Positions 31,100-45,979 of a stretch of DNA of 64,000 bases are shown here, in pieces. Under the pieces are notes generated by a model. That model made no database searches and had not been told where the DNA came from. It saw nothing but the letters and a program-made list of their open reading frames with translations. Source of the stretch: Eledone cirrhosa (taxonomy: Eukaryota). Position 1 is the stretch's first letter, and each line of letters opens with the position of its first letter. The stretch is from positions 32,426,001-32,490,000 of the forward strand of contig OZ024748.1 of the NCBI GenBank assembly GCA_964016885.1. The letters run 5' to 3'. The translations under genes and the position numbers were made by a program.

Positions 31100-34000
31100 A
31101 CACTGCTAAAAGTAATACTATACCTCTAAACTAGTTATATATTACACACTTCTAAAAGAAATACTATACTTCTAAACTGGTTATATGTTACATGCTGCTA
31201 AAAGTAATACTATACTTCTAAACTGGTTATATACTACATGCTTCCAAAAGTAATACTATACTTCTAAACTGGTTATATATTACACACTGCTAAAAGTAAT
31301 ACTATACCTCTAAACTGGTTATATATTACATGCTGCTAAAAGTAATACTGTATTTCTAAACTTGTTATATATTACACACTGCTAAAACCAATACTATACT
31401 TCTAAACTAGTTATATATTACACACTCCTAAAAGTAACACTATACCTCTAAACTTGTTGTATATTACATGCTGCTAAAAGTAATACTATACTTCTAGACT
31501 GGTTATATATCACATACTGCTAAATGTAATACTATAATTCTTAACTGGTTATATATTACAAATGGCTAAAAGTAATACTATACTTCTAAACTGGTTATAT
31601 ATTACAAACTACTAAAAGTAATACTATACTTCTAAACTGGTTATATATTACACGCTGCTAAAAGTAATACTATACTTCTAAACTGCTTATATACTACATG
31701 CTTCTTAAAAGTAAAATAATACTTCTAAACTGGTTATATGTTACACACTGTTAAAAGAAATAATATACCTCTAAACTGGTTATATATTAGATGCTGCTAA
31801 ATGTAATACTATACTTCTAAACTGGTTATATGTTACGCACTGCTAAAAGTAATACTATACTTCTAAATTAGGTATATATTACACACTGCTAAAAGTAATA
31901 GTATACCTCAAAACTGGTTATATATTACACACTTCTAAAAGTAATACTATACTTCTAGACAGGTTATATATTACATACTGCTAAACGTAATACTATACTT
32001 CTAAATTAGGTATATATTACACACTGCTAAAAGTAATACTATACTTCTAAACTGGTTATATATTACACACTGCTAAAGGTAATACTATACTTCTAAACTG
32101 GTTATATATTACACTCTGTTAAAAGTAATACTATATTTCTAAACTGGTTAAAAATTGCACACTGGTAAAAGTAATACTATACTTCTAAATCAGGTATATC
32201 TTACACACTGCTAAAAGCAATACTATACTTCTAAACAGGTTATACATTACACACTGTTAAAAGTAATACTATACTTCTAAACTGATTATATATTACACAC
32301 TGTTAAAATTAATAGTATACTTCTAAACTGGATATATATTACGCACTGCTAAAATTAATACTATACTTCTAAACTGATTATTTATTACATGCCGCTAAAA
32401 GTAATACTATACTTCTAAACTGGTTATATATTGCACACTGGTAAAAGTAATACTATACTTCTAAATTAGGTATATATTACACACTGCTAAAAGTAATACT
32501 ATATCTCTAAACTGGTTATATATTACACACTGCTAAAAGTAATTCTATACTTCTAAACTGGTTATATATTACACACTGCTAAAAGTAATACTATACCTCT
32601 AAACAGGTTATATATTACATGCTGCTAAAAATAATACTATACTTCTAAACTGGTTATATATTACACACTGCTAAATGTAATACTATACTTCTAAACTGAT
32701 TATATATTACACACTGTTAAAATTAATACTATACTTCTAAACTGGTTATATATTACACACTGCTAAAAGTAATACTATACCTCTAAACTGGTTATATATT
32801 ACACACTGCTAAAATTAATACTATACTTCTAAACTGGTTATATATTACACGCTGCTAAAAGTAATACTATACTTCTTAATTGGTTATATATTACACACTA
32901 CTAAAAGTAATACTATACTTCTAAACTGGTTATATATTACACACTGCTAAAAGTAATACTATACTTCTAAACTGGTTATATATTACGCACTGCTAAAAGT
33001 AATATTATACTTCTAGACTGATTATATATTAGATGCCGCTAAAAGTAATACCATACTTCTAAACTGGTTATATATTACATGCTGCTAAAAGTGGTACTAT
33101 ACTCCTAAACTGCTTATATACTACATGCTTCTAAAAGTAATACTTTACTACTAAACTGGTTATATATTGCACACTGCTAAAAGTAATACTATACTTCTAA
33201 ACTGGTTATATATTACACACTGCTAAAAGTAATACTATACCTCTAAACTGGTTATATATTACATGCTGCTAAAAGTAATACTATACTTCTAGACTGGTTA
33301 TATATTACACACTGCTAAAAGTAATACTATACCTCTAAACTAGTTATATATTACACACTTCTAAAAGAAATACTATACTTCTAAACTGGTTATATGTTAC
33401 ATGCTGCTAAAAGTAATACTATACTTCTAAACTGGTTATATACTACATGCTTCCAAAAGTAATACTATACTTCTAAACTGGTTATATATTACACACTGCT
33501 AAAAGTAATACTATACCTCTAAACTGGTTATATATTACATGCTGCTAAAAGTAATACTGTATTTCTAAACTTGTTATATATTACACACTGCTAAAACCAA
33601 TACTATACTTCTAAACTAGTTATATATTACACACTCCTAAAAGTAACACTATACCTCTAAACTTGTTGTATATTACATGCTGCTAAAAGTAATACTATAC
33701 TTCTAGACTGGTTATATATCACATACTGCTAAATGTAATACTATAATTCTTAACTGGTTATATATTACAAATGGCTAAAAGTAATACTATACTTCTAAAC
33801 TGGTTATATATTACAAACTACTAAAAGTAATACTATACTTCTAAACTGGTTATATATTACACGCTGCTAAAAGTAATACTATACTTCTAAACTGCTTATA
33901 TACTACATGCTTCTTAAAAGTAAAATAATACTTCTAAACTGGTTATATGTTACACACTGTTAAAAGAAATAATATACCTCTAAACTGGTTATATATTAGA

Positions 34001-35500
34001 TGCTGCTAAATGTAATACTATACTTCTAAACTGGTTATATGTTACGCACTGCTAAAAGTAATACTATACTTCTAAATTAGGTATATATTACACACTGCTA
34101 AAAGTAATAGTATACCTCAAAACTGGTTATATATTACACACTTCTAAAAGTAATACTATACTTCTAGACAGGTTATATATTACATACTGCTAAACGTAAT
34201 ACTATACTTCTAAATTAGGTATATATTACACACTGCTAAAAGTAATACTATACTTCTAAACTGGTTATATATTACACACTGCTAAAGGTAATACTATACT
34301 TCTAAACTGGTTATATATTACACTCTGTTAAAAGTAATACTATATTTCTAAACTGGTTAAATATTGCACACTGGTAAAAGTAATACTATACTTCTAAATC
34401 AGGTATATCTTACACACTGCTAAAAGCAATACTATACTTCTAAACAGGTTATACATTACACACTGTTAAAAGTAATACTATACTTCTAAACTGATTATAT
34501 ATTACACACTGTTAAAATTAATAGTATACTTCTAAACTGGATATATATTACGCACTGCTAAAATTAATACTATACTTCTAAACTGATTATTTATTACATG
34601 CCGCTAAAAGTAATACTATACTTCTAAACTGGTTATATATTGCACACTGGTAAAAGTAATACTATACTTCTAAATTAGGTATATATTACACACTGCTAAA
34701 AGTAATACTATATCTCTAAACTGGTTATATATTACACACTGCTAAAAGTAATTCTATACTTCTAAACTGGTTATATATTACACACTGCTAAAAGTAATAC
34801 TATACCTCTAAACAGGTTATATATTACATGCTGCTAAAAATAATACTATACTTCTAAACTGGTTATATATTACACACTGCTAAATGTAATACTATACTTC
34901 TAAACTGATTATATATTACACACTGTTAAAATTAATACTATACTTCTAAACTGGTTATATATTACACACTGCTAAAAGTAATACTATACCTCTAAACTGG
35001 TTATATATTACACACTGCTAAAATTAATACTATACTTCTAAACTGGTTATATATTACACGCTGCTAAAAGTAATACTATACTTCTTAATTGGTTATATAT
35101 TACACACTACTAAAAGTAATACTATACTTCTAAACTGGTTATATATTACACACTGCTAAAAGTAATACTATACTTCTAAACTGGTTATATATTACGCACT
35201 GCTAAAAGTAATATTATACTTCTAGACTGATTATATATTAGATGCCGCTAAAAGTAATACCATACTTCTAAACTGGTTATATATTACATGCTGCTAAAAG
35301 TGGTACTATACTCCTAAACTGCTTATATACTACATGCTTCTAAAAGTAATACTTTACTACTAAACTGGTTATATATTGCACACTGCTAAAAGTAATACTA
35401 TACTTCTAAACTGGTTATATATTACACACTGCTAAAAGTAATACTATACCTCTAAACTGGTTATATATTACATGCTGCTAAAAGTAATACTATACTTCTA
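31100..35500. repeat. 48-monomer (2209 bp) tandem duplication
   Basis: TCTAAAAGAAA at 31151/33360, GTATACCTCAAAA at 31901/34110, T insertion at 31702/33911. Confidence 0.88.
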
Positions 35501-35869
35501 GACTGGTTATATATTACATACTGCTAAAAGTAATACTATACTTCTAAACGGGTTATATACTACATGCTGCTAAAAGTAATACTATATTTCTAAACTGGTT
35601 ATATATTACACACTGCTAAAAGTAATACTATACTTCTAAACTAGTTATATATTACACACTGCTAAATGTAATACTATACTTCTAAACTGGTTATATATTA
35701 CACACTGCTAAAAGTAATACTATACTTCTTAACTGGTTATATATTAGATGCTGCTAAAAGTAATACGATACTTCTAAACTGCTTATATACTACATGCTTC
35801 TAAAAGTAATATAATACTTCTAAACTAGTTATATATTACACACTGCTAAAAGTAATACTATACTTCTAA

Positions 35870-38800
35870 ACTGGTTTTATATTACACACTGTTAAAAGTA
35901 ATACTATACTTCTAAACTGGTTATATATTACGCACTGCTAAAAGTAATATTATACTTCTAGACTGATTATATATTACATGCCGCCAAAAGTAATACATTA
36001 CTTCTAAACTGGTTATATATTGCACACTGATAAAAGTAATACCATACTTCTAAACTGGTTATATATTACACACTGCTAAAAGTAATACTATACTTCTAAA
36101 CAGGTTATATATTACACACTGCTAAAAGTAATACTATACTTCTAAACAGGTTATATATTACACACTGCTAAAAGTAATACTATACTTCTAAACTGCTTAT
36201 ATACTACATGCTTCTAAAAGTAAGATAATACTTCTAAACTGGTTATATATTACACACTGCTAAAAGTAATACTATACTTCTAAACTGGTTATATATTACA
36301 CACTGCTAAAAGTAATACTATACTACTAAACTGGTTATATATTGCACACTGCTAAAAGTAATGCTATACTTGTAAACAGGTTATATATTACACACTGCTA
36401 AAAGTAATACTATACTTCTAAACAGGTTATATATTACACACTGCTAAAGGTAATACTATACTTCTAAACAGGTTATATATTACACACTGCTAAAAGTAGT
36501 ACTATACTTCTAAACTGGTTATATATTACACACTGCTAAAAGTAATACTATACCTCTAAACTGGTTATATATTACATGCTGCTAAAAGTAATACTATACT
36601 TCTAGACTGGTTATATGTTACATACTGCTAAAAGTAATACTATACTTCTAGACTGGTTATATATTACATACTGCTAAAAGTAATACTATACTTCTAAACG
36701 GGTTATATACTACATGCTGCTAAAAGTAATACTATACTTCTAAACTGGTTATATATTACACACTGCTAAAAGTAATACTATACTTCTAAACTAGTTATAT
36801 ATTACACACTGCTAAATGTAATACTATACTTCTAAACTGGTTATATATTACACACTGCTAAAAGTAATACTATACTTCTTAACTGGTTATATATTAGATG
36901 CTGCTAAAAGTAATACTATACTTCTAAACTGCTTATATACTACATACTTCTAAAAGTAATATAATACTTCTAAACTCGTTATATATTACACACTGCTAAA
37001 AGTAATACTATACTGCTAAACTGGTTTTATATTACACACTGTTAAAAGTAATACTATACTTCTAAACTGGTTATATATTACGCACTGCTAAAAGTAATAT
37101 TATACGTCTAGACTGATTATATATTACATGCCACCAAAAGTAATACATTACTTCTAAACTGGTTATATATTGCACACTGATAAAAGTAATACCATACTTC
37201 TAAACTGATTATATATTACACACTGCTAAAAGTAATACTATAATTCTAAACAGGTTATATATTACACACTGCTAAAAGTAATACTATACTTCTAAACAGG
37301 TTATATGTTACACACTGCTAAAAGTAATACTATACTTCTAAACTGCTTATATACTACATGCTTCTAAAAGTAATATAATACTTCTAAACTGGTTATATAT
37401 TACACACTGCTAAAAGTAATACTATACTTCTAAACTGGTTATATATTACACAATGCTAAAAGTAATACTATACTACTAAACTGGTTATATATTGCACACC
37501 GCTAAAAGTAATGCTATACTTGTAAACAGGTTATATATTACACACTGCTAAAAGTAATACTATACTTCTAAACAGGTTATACATTACACACTGCTAAAGG
37601 TAATACTATACTTCTAAACAGGTTATATATTACACACTGCTAAAAGTAATACTATACTTCTAAACAGGTTATATATTACACACTGCTAAAAGTAATACTA
37701 TACTTCTAAACAGGTTATATATTACACACTGCTAAAAGTAATACTATAACTCTAAACTGGTTATATATTACACACTGCTAAAAGTAATACTATACCTCTA
37801 AACTAGTTATATATTACACACTGCTAAAAGAAATACTATACTTCTAAACTGGTTATATGTTACATGCTGCTAAAAGTAATACTATACTTCTAAACTGGTT
37901 ATATACTACATGCTTCCAAAAGTAATACTATACTTCTAAACTGGTTATATATTACACACTGCTAAAAGTAATACTATACCTCTAAACTGGTTATATATTA
38001 CATGCTGCTAAAAGTAATACTGTATTTCTAAACTTGTTATATATTACACACTGCTAAAACCAATACTATACTTCTAAACTAGTTATATATTACACACTCC
38101 TAAAAGTAACACTATACCTCTAAACTTGTTGTATATTACATGCTGCTAAAAGTAATACTATACTTCTAGACTGGTTATATATCACATACTGCTAAATGTA
38201 ATACTATACTTCTAAACTGGTTATATATTACACACTGCTAAAAGTAATACTATACTTCTAAACTGGTTTTATATTACACACTGTTAAAAGTAATACTATA
38301 CTTCTAAACTGGTTATATATTACGCACTGCTAAAAGTAATATTATACTTCTAGACTGATTATATATTACATGCCGCCAAAAGTAATACATTACTTCTAAA
38401 CTGGTTATATATTGCACACTGATAAAAGTAATACCATACTTCTAAACTGGTTATATATTACACACTGCTAAAAGTAATACTATACTTCTAAACAGGTTAT
38501 ATATTACACACTGCTAAAAGTAATACTATACTTCTAAACAGGTTATATATTACACACTGCTAAAAGTAATACTATACTTCTAAACTGCTTATATACTACA
38601 TGCTTCTAAAAGTAAGATAATACTTCTAAACTGGTTATATATTACACACTGCTAAAAGTAATACTATACTTCTAAACTGGTTATATATTACACACTGCTA
38701 AAAGTAATACTATACTACTAAACTGGTTATATATTGCACACTGCTAAAAGTAATGCTATACTTGTAAACAGGTTATATATTACACACTGCTAAAAGTAAT

Positions 38801-40380
38801 ACTATACTTCTAAACAGGTTATATATTACACACTGCTAAAGGTAATACTATACTTCTAAACAGGTTATATATTACACACTGCTAAAAGTAGTACTATACT
38901 TCTAAACTGGTTATATATTACACACTGCTAAAAGTAATACTATACCTCTAAACTGGTTATATATTACATGCTGCTAAAAGTAATACTATACTTCTAGACT
39001 GGTTATATGTTACATACTGCTAAAAGTAATACTATACTTCTAGACTGGTTATATATTACATACTGCTAAAAGTAATACTATACTTCTAAACGGGTTATAT
39101 ACTACATGCTGCTAAAAGTAATACTATACTTCTAAACTGGTTATATATTACACACTGCTAAAAGTAATACTATACTTCTAAACTAGTTATATATTACACA
39201 CTGCTAAATGTAATACTATACTTCTAAACTGGTTATATATTACACACTGCTAAAAGTAATACTATACTTCTTAACTGGTTATATATTAGATGCTGCTAAA
39301 AGTAATACTATACTTCTAAACTGCTTATATACTACATACTTCTAAAAGTAATATAATACTTCTAAACTCGTTATATATTACACACTGCTAAAAGTAATAC
39401 TATACTGCTAAACTGGTTTTATATTACACACTGTTAAAAGTAATACTATACTTCTAAACTGGTTATATATTACGCACTGCTAAAAGTAATATTATACGTC
39501 TAGACTGATTATATATTACATGCCACCAAAAGTAATACATTACTTCTAAACTGGTTATATATTGCACACTGATAAAAGTAATACCATACTTCTAAACTGA
39601 TTATATATTACACACTGCTAAAAGTAATACTATAATTCTAAACAGGTTATATATTACACACTGCTAAAAGTAATACTATACTTCTAAACAGGTTATATGT
39701 TACACACTGCTAAAAGTAATACTATACTTCTAAACTGCTTATATACTACATGCTTCTAAAAGTAATATAATACTTCTAAACTGGTTATATATTACACACT
39801 GCTAAAAGTAATACTATACTTCTAAACTGGTTATATATTACACAATGCTAAAAGTAATACTATACTACTAAACTGGTTATATATTGCACACCGCTAAAAG
39901 TAATGCTATACTTGTAAACAGGTTATATATTACACACTGCTAAAAGTAATACTATACTTCTAAACAGGTTATACATTACACACTGCTAAAGGTAATACTA
40001 TACTTCTAAACAGGTTATATATTACACACTGCTAAAAGTAATACTATACTTCTAAACAGGTTATATATTACACACTGCTAAAAGTAATACTATACTTCTA
40101 AACAGGTTATATATTACACACTGCTAAAAGTAATACTATAACTCTAAACTGGTTATATATTACACACTGCTAAAAGTAATACTATACCTCTAAACTAGTT
40201 ATATATTACACACTGCTAAAAGAAATACTATACTTCTAAACTGGTTATATGTTACATGCTGCTAAAAGTAATACTATACTTCTAAACTGGTTATATACTA
40301 CATGCTTCCAAAAGTAATACTATACTTCTAAACTGGTTATATATTACACACTGCTAAAAGTAATACTATACCTCTAAACT
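35870..40380. repeat. 52-monomer (2392 bp) tandem duplication
   Basis: TAAAAGTAGT at 36491/38883 and CCACCAAAA at 37131/39523. Confidence 0.87.
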
Positions 40381-43300
40381 GGTTGTATATTACATGCTGC
40401 TAAAAGTAATACTATACTTCTAGACTGGTTATATATCACATACTGCTAAATGTAATACTATACTTCTAAACTGGTTATATATTACACACTGCTAAAAGTA
40501 ATACTATACTTCTAAACTGGTTATATATTACACACTGCTAAAAGTAGTTCTATACTTCTAAACTGGTTATATATTACATGCGGCTAAATGTAATACTATT
40601 CTTCTAAATTGGTTACATACTACATGCTTCTAAAAGTAATACTATAGTTCTAAACTGGTTATATATTACACACTGCTAAAAGTAACACTATACCTCTAAA
40701 CTGGTTGTATATTACATGCTGCTAAAAGTAATACTATACTTCTAAACTGGTTATATATTACACACTGCTAAAGGTAATACTATACTTCTAAACTGGTTAT
40801 AAATTACACACTGTTAAAAGTAATACTATACTTCTAAACTGGTTATATACTACATGCTTCTAAATGTAATACTATACTTCTAAACTGCTTATATACTACA
40901 TGCTTCTAAAAGTAATATAATACTTCTAAACTGGTTATATATTACACACTGCTAAAAGTAATACTATACTTCTAAACTGGTTATATATTACACACTGCTA
41001 AAAGTAATACTATACTTCTAAACTGCTTATATATTACACACCGCTAAAAGTAATACTATACTTCTAGACTGGTTATATATTACATACTGCTAAAAGTAAT
41101 ACTATACTTCTAAACTTGTTATATACTATATGCTTCTAAAAGTAATAATATACTTCTAAACTGGTTATATATTACACACTACTAAAAGTAATAATATACT
41201 TCTAAACTGGTTATATATTACACACTGCTAAAAGTAATACTATACTTCTAAACTGGTTATATATTACACACTGCTAAAAGTGATACTATACTTCTAAACT
41301 GGTTATATATTACACACTGCTAAAAGTAATACTATACCTCTAAACTGGCTATATATTACATGCTGCTAAAAGTAATACTATATTTCTAAACGGGTTATAT
41401 ACTACATGCTGCTAAAAGTAATACTATACTTCTAAACTGATTATATATTACACACTGCTAAAAGCAATACTATACTTCTAAACTAGTTATATATTACATG
41501 CTGCTAAATGTAATACTATAATTCTTAACTGGTTATATATTACAAATGGCTAAAAGTAATACTATACTTCTAAACTGGTTATATATTACAAACTACTAAA
41601 AGTAATACTATACTTCTAAACTGGTTATATATTACACGCTGCTAAAAGTAATACTATACTTCTAAACTGCTTATATACTACATGCTTCTTAAAAGTAAAA
41701 TAATACTTCTAAACTGGTTATATGTTACACACTGTTAAAAGAAATAATATACCTCTAAACTGGTTATATATTAGATGCTGCTAAATGTAATACTATACTT
41801 CTAAACTGGTTATATGTTACGCACTGCTAAAAGTAATACTATACTTCTAAATTAGGTATATATTACACACTGCTAAAAGTAATAGTATACCTCTAAACTG
41901 GTTATATATTACACACTTCTAAAAGTAATACTATACTTCTAGACAGGTTATATATTACATACTGCTAAACGTAATACTATACTTCTAAATTAGGTATATA
42001 TTACACACTGCTAAAAGTAATACTATACTTCTAAACTGGTTATATATTACACACTGCTAAAAGTAATACTATACCTCTAAACTGGTTATATATTACATGC
42101 TGCTAAAAGTAATACTATACTTCTAGACTGGTTATATGTTACATACTGCTAAAAGTAATACTATACTTCTAGACTGGTTATATATTACATACTGCTAAAA
42201 GTAATACTATACTTCTAAACGGGTTATATACTACATGCTGCTAAAAGTAATACTATACTTCTAAACTGGTTATATATTACACACTGCTAAAAGTAATACT
42301 ATACTTCTAAACTAGTTATATATTACACACTGCTAAATGTAATACTATACTTCTAAACTGGTTATATATTACACACTGCTAAAAGTAATACTATACTTCT
42401 TAACTGGTTATATATTAGATGCTGCTAAAAGTAATACTATACTTCTAAACTGCTTATATACTACATACTTCTAAAAGTAATATAATACTTCTAAACTCGT
42501 TATATATTACACACTGCTAAAAGTAATACTATACTGCTAAACTGGTTTTATATTACACACTGTTAAAAGTAATACTATACTTCTAAACTGGTTATATATT
42601 ACGCACTGCTAAAAGTAATATTATACGTCTAGACTGATTATATATTACATGCCACCAAAAGTAATACATTACTTCTAAACTGGTTATATATTGCACACTG
42701 ATAAAAGTAATACCATACTTCTAAACTGATTATATATTACACACTGCTAAAAGTAATACTATAATTCTAAACAGGTTATATATTACACACTGCTAAAAGT
42801 AATACTATACTTCTAAACAGGTTATATGTTACACACTGCTAAAAGTAATACTATACTTCTAAACTGCTTATATACTACATGCTTCTAAAAGTAATATAAT
42901 ACTTCTAAACTGGTTATATATTACACACTGCTAAAAGTAATACTATACTTCTAAACTGGTTATATATTACACAATGCTAAAAGTAATACTATACTACTAA
43001 ACTGGTTATATATTGCACACCGCTAAAAGTAATGCTATACTTGTAAACAGGTTATATATTACACACTGCTAAAAGTAATACTATACTTCTAAACAGGTTA
43101 TACATTACACACTGCTAAAGGTAATACTATACTTCTAAACAGGTTATATATTACACACTGCTAAAAGTAATACTATACTTCTAAACAGGTTATATATTAC
43201 ACACTGCTAAAAGTAATACTATACTTCTAAACAGGTTATATATTACACACTGCTAAAAGTAATACTATAACTCTAAACTGGTTATATATTACACACTGCT

Positions 43301-45180
43301 AAAAGTAATACTATACCTCTAAACTAGTTATATATTACACACTGCTAAAAGAAATACTATACTTCTAAACTGGTTATATGTTACATGCTGCTAAAAGTAA
43401 TACTATACTTCTAAACTGGTTATATACTACATGCTTCCAAAAGTAATACTATACTTCTAAACTGGTTATATATTACACACTGCTAAAAGTAATACTATAC
43501 CTCTAAACTGGTTGTATATTACATGCTGCTAAAAGTAATACTATACTTCTAGACTGGTTATATATCACATACTGCTAAATGTAATACTATACTTCTAAAC
43601 TGGTTATATATTACACACTGCTAAAAGTAATACTATACTTCTAAACTGGTTATATATTACACACTGCTAAAAGTAGTTCTATACTTCTAAACTGGTTATA
43701 TATTACATGCGGCTAAATGTAATACTATTCTTCTAAATTGGTTACATACTACATGCTTCTAAAAGTAATACTATAGTTCTAAACTGGTTATATATTACAC
43801 ACTGCTAAAAGTAACACTATACCTCTAAACTGGTTGTATATTACATGCTGCTAAAAGTAATACTATACTTCTAAACTGGTTATATATTACACACTGCTAA
43901 AGGTAATACTATACTTCTAAACTGGTTATAAATTACACACTGTTAAAAGTAATACTATACTTCTAAACTGGTTATATACTACATGCTTCTAAATGTAATA
44001 CTATACTTCTAAACTGCTTATATACTACATGCTTCTAAAAGTAATATAATACTTCTAAACTGGTTATATATTACACACTGCTAAAAGTAATACTATACTT
44101 CTAAACTGGTTATATATTACACACTGCTAAAAGTAATACTATACTTCTAAACTGCTTATATATTACACACCGCTAAAAGTAATACTATACTTCTAGACTG
44201 GTTATATATTACATACTGCTAAAAGTAATACTATACTTCTAAACTTGTTATATACTATATGCTTCTAAAAGTAATAATATACTTCTAAACTGGTTATATA
44301 TTACACACTACTAAAAGTAATAATATACTTCTAAACTGGTTATATATTACACACTGCTAAAAGTAATACTATACTTCTAAACTGGTTATATATTACACAC
44401 TGCTAAAAGTGATACTATACTTCTAAACTGGTTATATATTACACACTGCTAAAAGTAATACTATACCTCTAAACTGGCTATATATTACATGCTGCTAAAA
44501 GTAATACTATATTTCTAAACGGGTTATATACTACATGCTGCTAAAAGTAATACTATACTTCTAAACTGATTATATATTACACACTGCTAAAAGCAATACT
44601 ATACTTCTAAACTAGTTATATATTACATGCTGCTAAATGTAATACTATAATTCTTAACTGGTTATATATTACAAATGGCTAAAAGTAATACTATACTTCT
44701 AAACTGGTTATATATTACAAACTACTAAAAGTAATACTATACTTCTAAACTGGTTATATATTACACGCTGCTAAAAGTAATACTATACTTCTAAACTGCT
44801 TATATACTACATGCTTCTTAAAAGTAAAATAATACTTCTAAACTGGTTATATGTTACACACTGTTAAAAGAAATAATATACCTCTAAACTGGTTATATAT
44901 TAGATGCTGCTAAATGTAATACTATACTTCTAAACTGGTTATATGTTACGCACTGCTAAAAGTAATACTATACTTCTAAATTAGGTATATATTACACACT
45001 GCTAAAAGTAATAGTATACCTCTAAACTGGTTATATATTACACACTTCTAAAAGTAATACTATACTTCTAGACAGGTTATATATTACATACTGCTAAACG
45101 TAATACTATACTTCTAAATTAGGTATATATTACACACTGCTAAAAGTAATACTATACTTCTAAACTGGTTATATATTACA
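38900..45180. repeat. 68-monomer (3129 bp) tandem duplication
   Basis: CCACC at 39523/42652, CTGGTTGT at 40701/43830, T insertion at 41686/44815. Confidence 0.88.
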
Positions 45181-45979
45181 CACTGCTAAAGGTAATACTA
45201 TACTTCTAAACTGGTTATATATTACACTCTGTTAAAAGTAATACTATATTTCTAAACTGGTTAAATATTGCACACTGGTAAAAGTAATACTATACTTCTA
45301 AACTGGTTATATATTACATGCTACTAAATGTAATACTATACTTCTAAATTGGTTATATACTACATGCTTCTAAAAGTAATACTATACTTCTAAACTGGTT
45401 ATATATTACACACTGCTAAAAGTAACACTATACTACTAAACTGGTTATATATTACACACTGCTAAAAGTAACACTATACTACTAAACTGGTTGTATATTA
45501 CATGCTGCTAAAAGTAATATTATACTTCTAAACTGGTTATATATTACACATTTCTAAAAGTAATACTATACTTCTAGACAGGTTATATATTACACACTGC
45601 TAAATTTAATACTATACTTCTCTAACTGGTTATATATTACACACTGCTAAAAGTAATACTATACTTCTAAACTGGTTATATATTACACACTGCTAAAAGT
45701 AATACTAGACCTCTTAACTGGTTATATATTACACACTGCTAAAAGTAATACTATACCTCTTAACTGGTTATATATTAGATGCTGCTAAAAGTAATACTAT
45801 ACTTCTAAATTAGGTATATATTACACACTGCTAAAAGTAATACTATACTTCTAAACAGCTTATATATTACACACTGCTAAAGGTAATACTATACTTCTAA
45901 ACTGGTTATATATTACACACTGTTAAAACTAATACTATACTTCTATACTGGTTATATACTACATGCTTCTAAATGTAAT

